Source: Octopus vulgaris
Taxonomy: Eukaryota
Reading direction: 5' to 3'
Length of the DNA stretch: 64,000 nt
NCBI GenBank assembly: GCA_951406725.2
Contig: OX597814.1
Span: 214,396,001-214,460,000, forward strand
In this document: piece after piece, positions 63,600 to 64,000 of the stretch
Position numbering within the stretch: position 1 is the stretch's first letter
Layout of the letters: each line of letters opens with the position of its first letter
Program-made: the position numbers and the translations under genes
Notes under the pieces: generated by a model
What the model was told of the DNA's origin: nothing
Seen by the model: the letters and a program-made list of their open reading frames with translations, nothing else
The model's database searches: none

Positions 63600-64000
63600 A
63601 GACGCAGGAGTGGCTGTGTGGTAAGTAGCTTGTTTACCAACCACATGGTTCTGGGTTCAGTCCCACTGCATAGCACCTTGGGCGAGTGTCTTCTACTATA
63701 GCCTTGGGCCGACCAAAGCCTTGTGAGTGAATTTGGTAGACAGAAACTGAAAGAAGCCCGTCGTATATATGTGTGTATATATATATGCATGTGTGTGTTT
63801 GTATGTCTGTGTTTGTCCCCCTAGCATTGCTTGACAACCGATGCTGGTGTGTTTATGTCCCCGTCACTTAGCGGTTTGGCAAAAGAGACCGATAGAATAA
63901 GTACTGGGCTTACAAAAGAAAAGTCCCGGGGTCGAGTTGCTCGATTAAAGGCGGTGCTGCAGCATGGCCGCAGTCAAATGACTGAAAGAAGTAAAAGAGT
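63600..64000 (+). mobile_element. SINE group 1 copy (runs to window edge)
   Basis: Colinear with the family. Confidence 0.88.

Noticed and set aside
53220-64000. A second host gene downstream of USP47
   Set aside because: No recognisable exon chain; the ORFs are transposon-derived or low-complexity. Small or non-coding exons cannot be excluded.

Overview
AT-rich, intron-rich animal genomic DNA. The repeat families resemble octopus/cephalopod SINEs and LINEs; this taxon call is inference from memory, not a search. One gene dominates: a USP47-like deubiquitinase on the + strand. I traced 28 GT-AG coding exons with consistent phase from 201 to the TAG at 50466-50468 (3726 nt, 1241 aa). The N-terminus and catalytic Cys box lie upstream of the window. 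An apparent ~2.7 kb 3' UTR follows. Introns and the downstream region carry tRNA-derived SINEs (3 groups), RTE- and CR1-clade LINE fragments, TTAA (piggyBac-type) and TA (mariner-type) MITEs, Helitron-like elements and tandem repeats. The least expected signal is a set of minimal type-I hammerhead-ribozyme-like motifs of the Penelope-like-element style. These are a G3:C8-swapped core (743-789, with two relatives forming an 82-bp palindrome at 14.9-15.1 kb), a CUGUUGA core (508-545), a canonical core (58596-58630), and an insertion whose edge coincides with a predicted GUC cleavage site (29241-29481). There is also a 9-unit head-to-tail SINE concatemer inside a single target-site duplication (1992-3709). 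Most ORFs in the supplied track are repeat-derived and are not genes. All coordinates were counted by hand; repeat boundaries are approximate.
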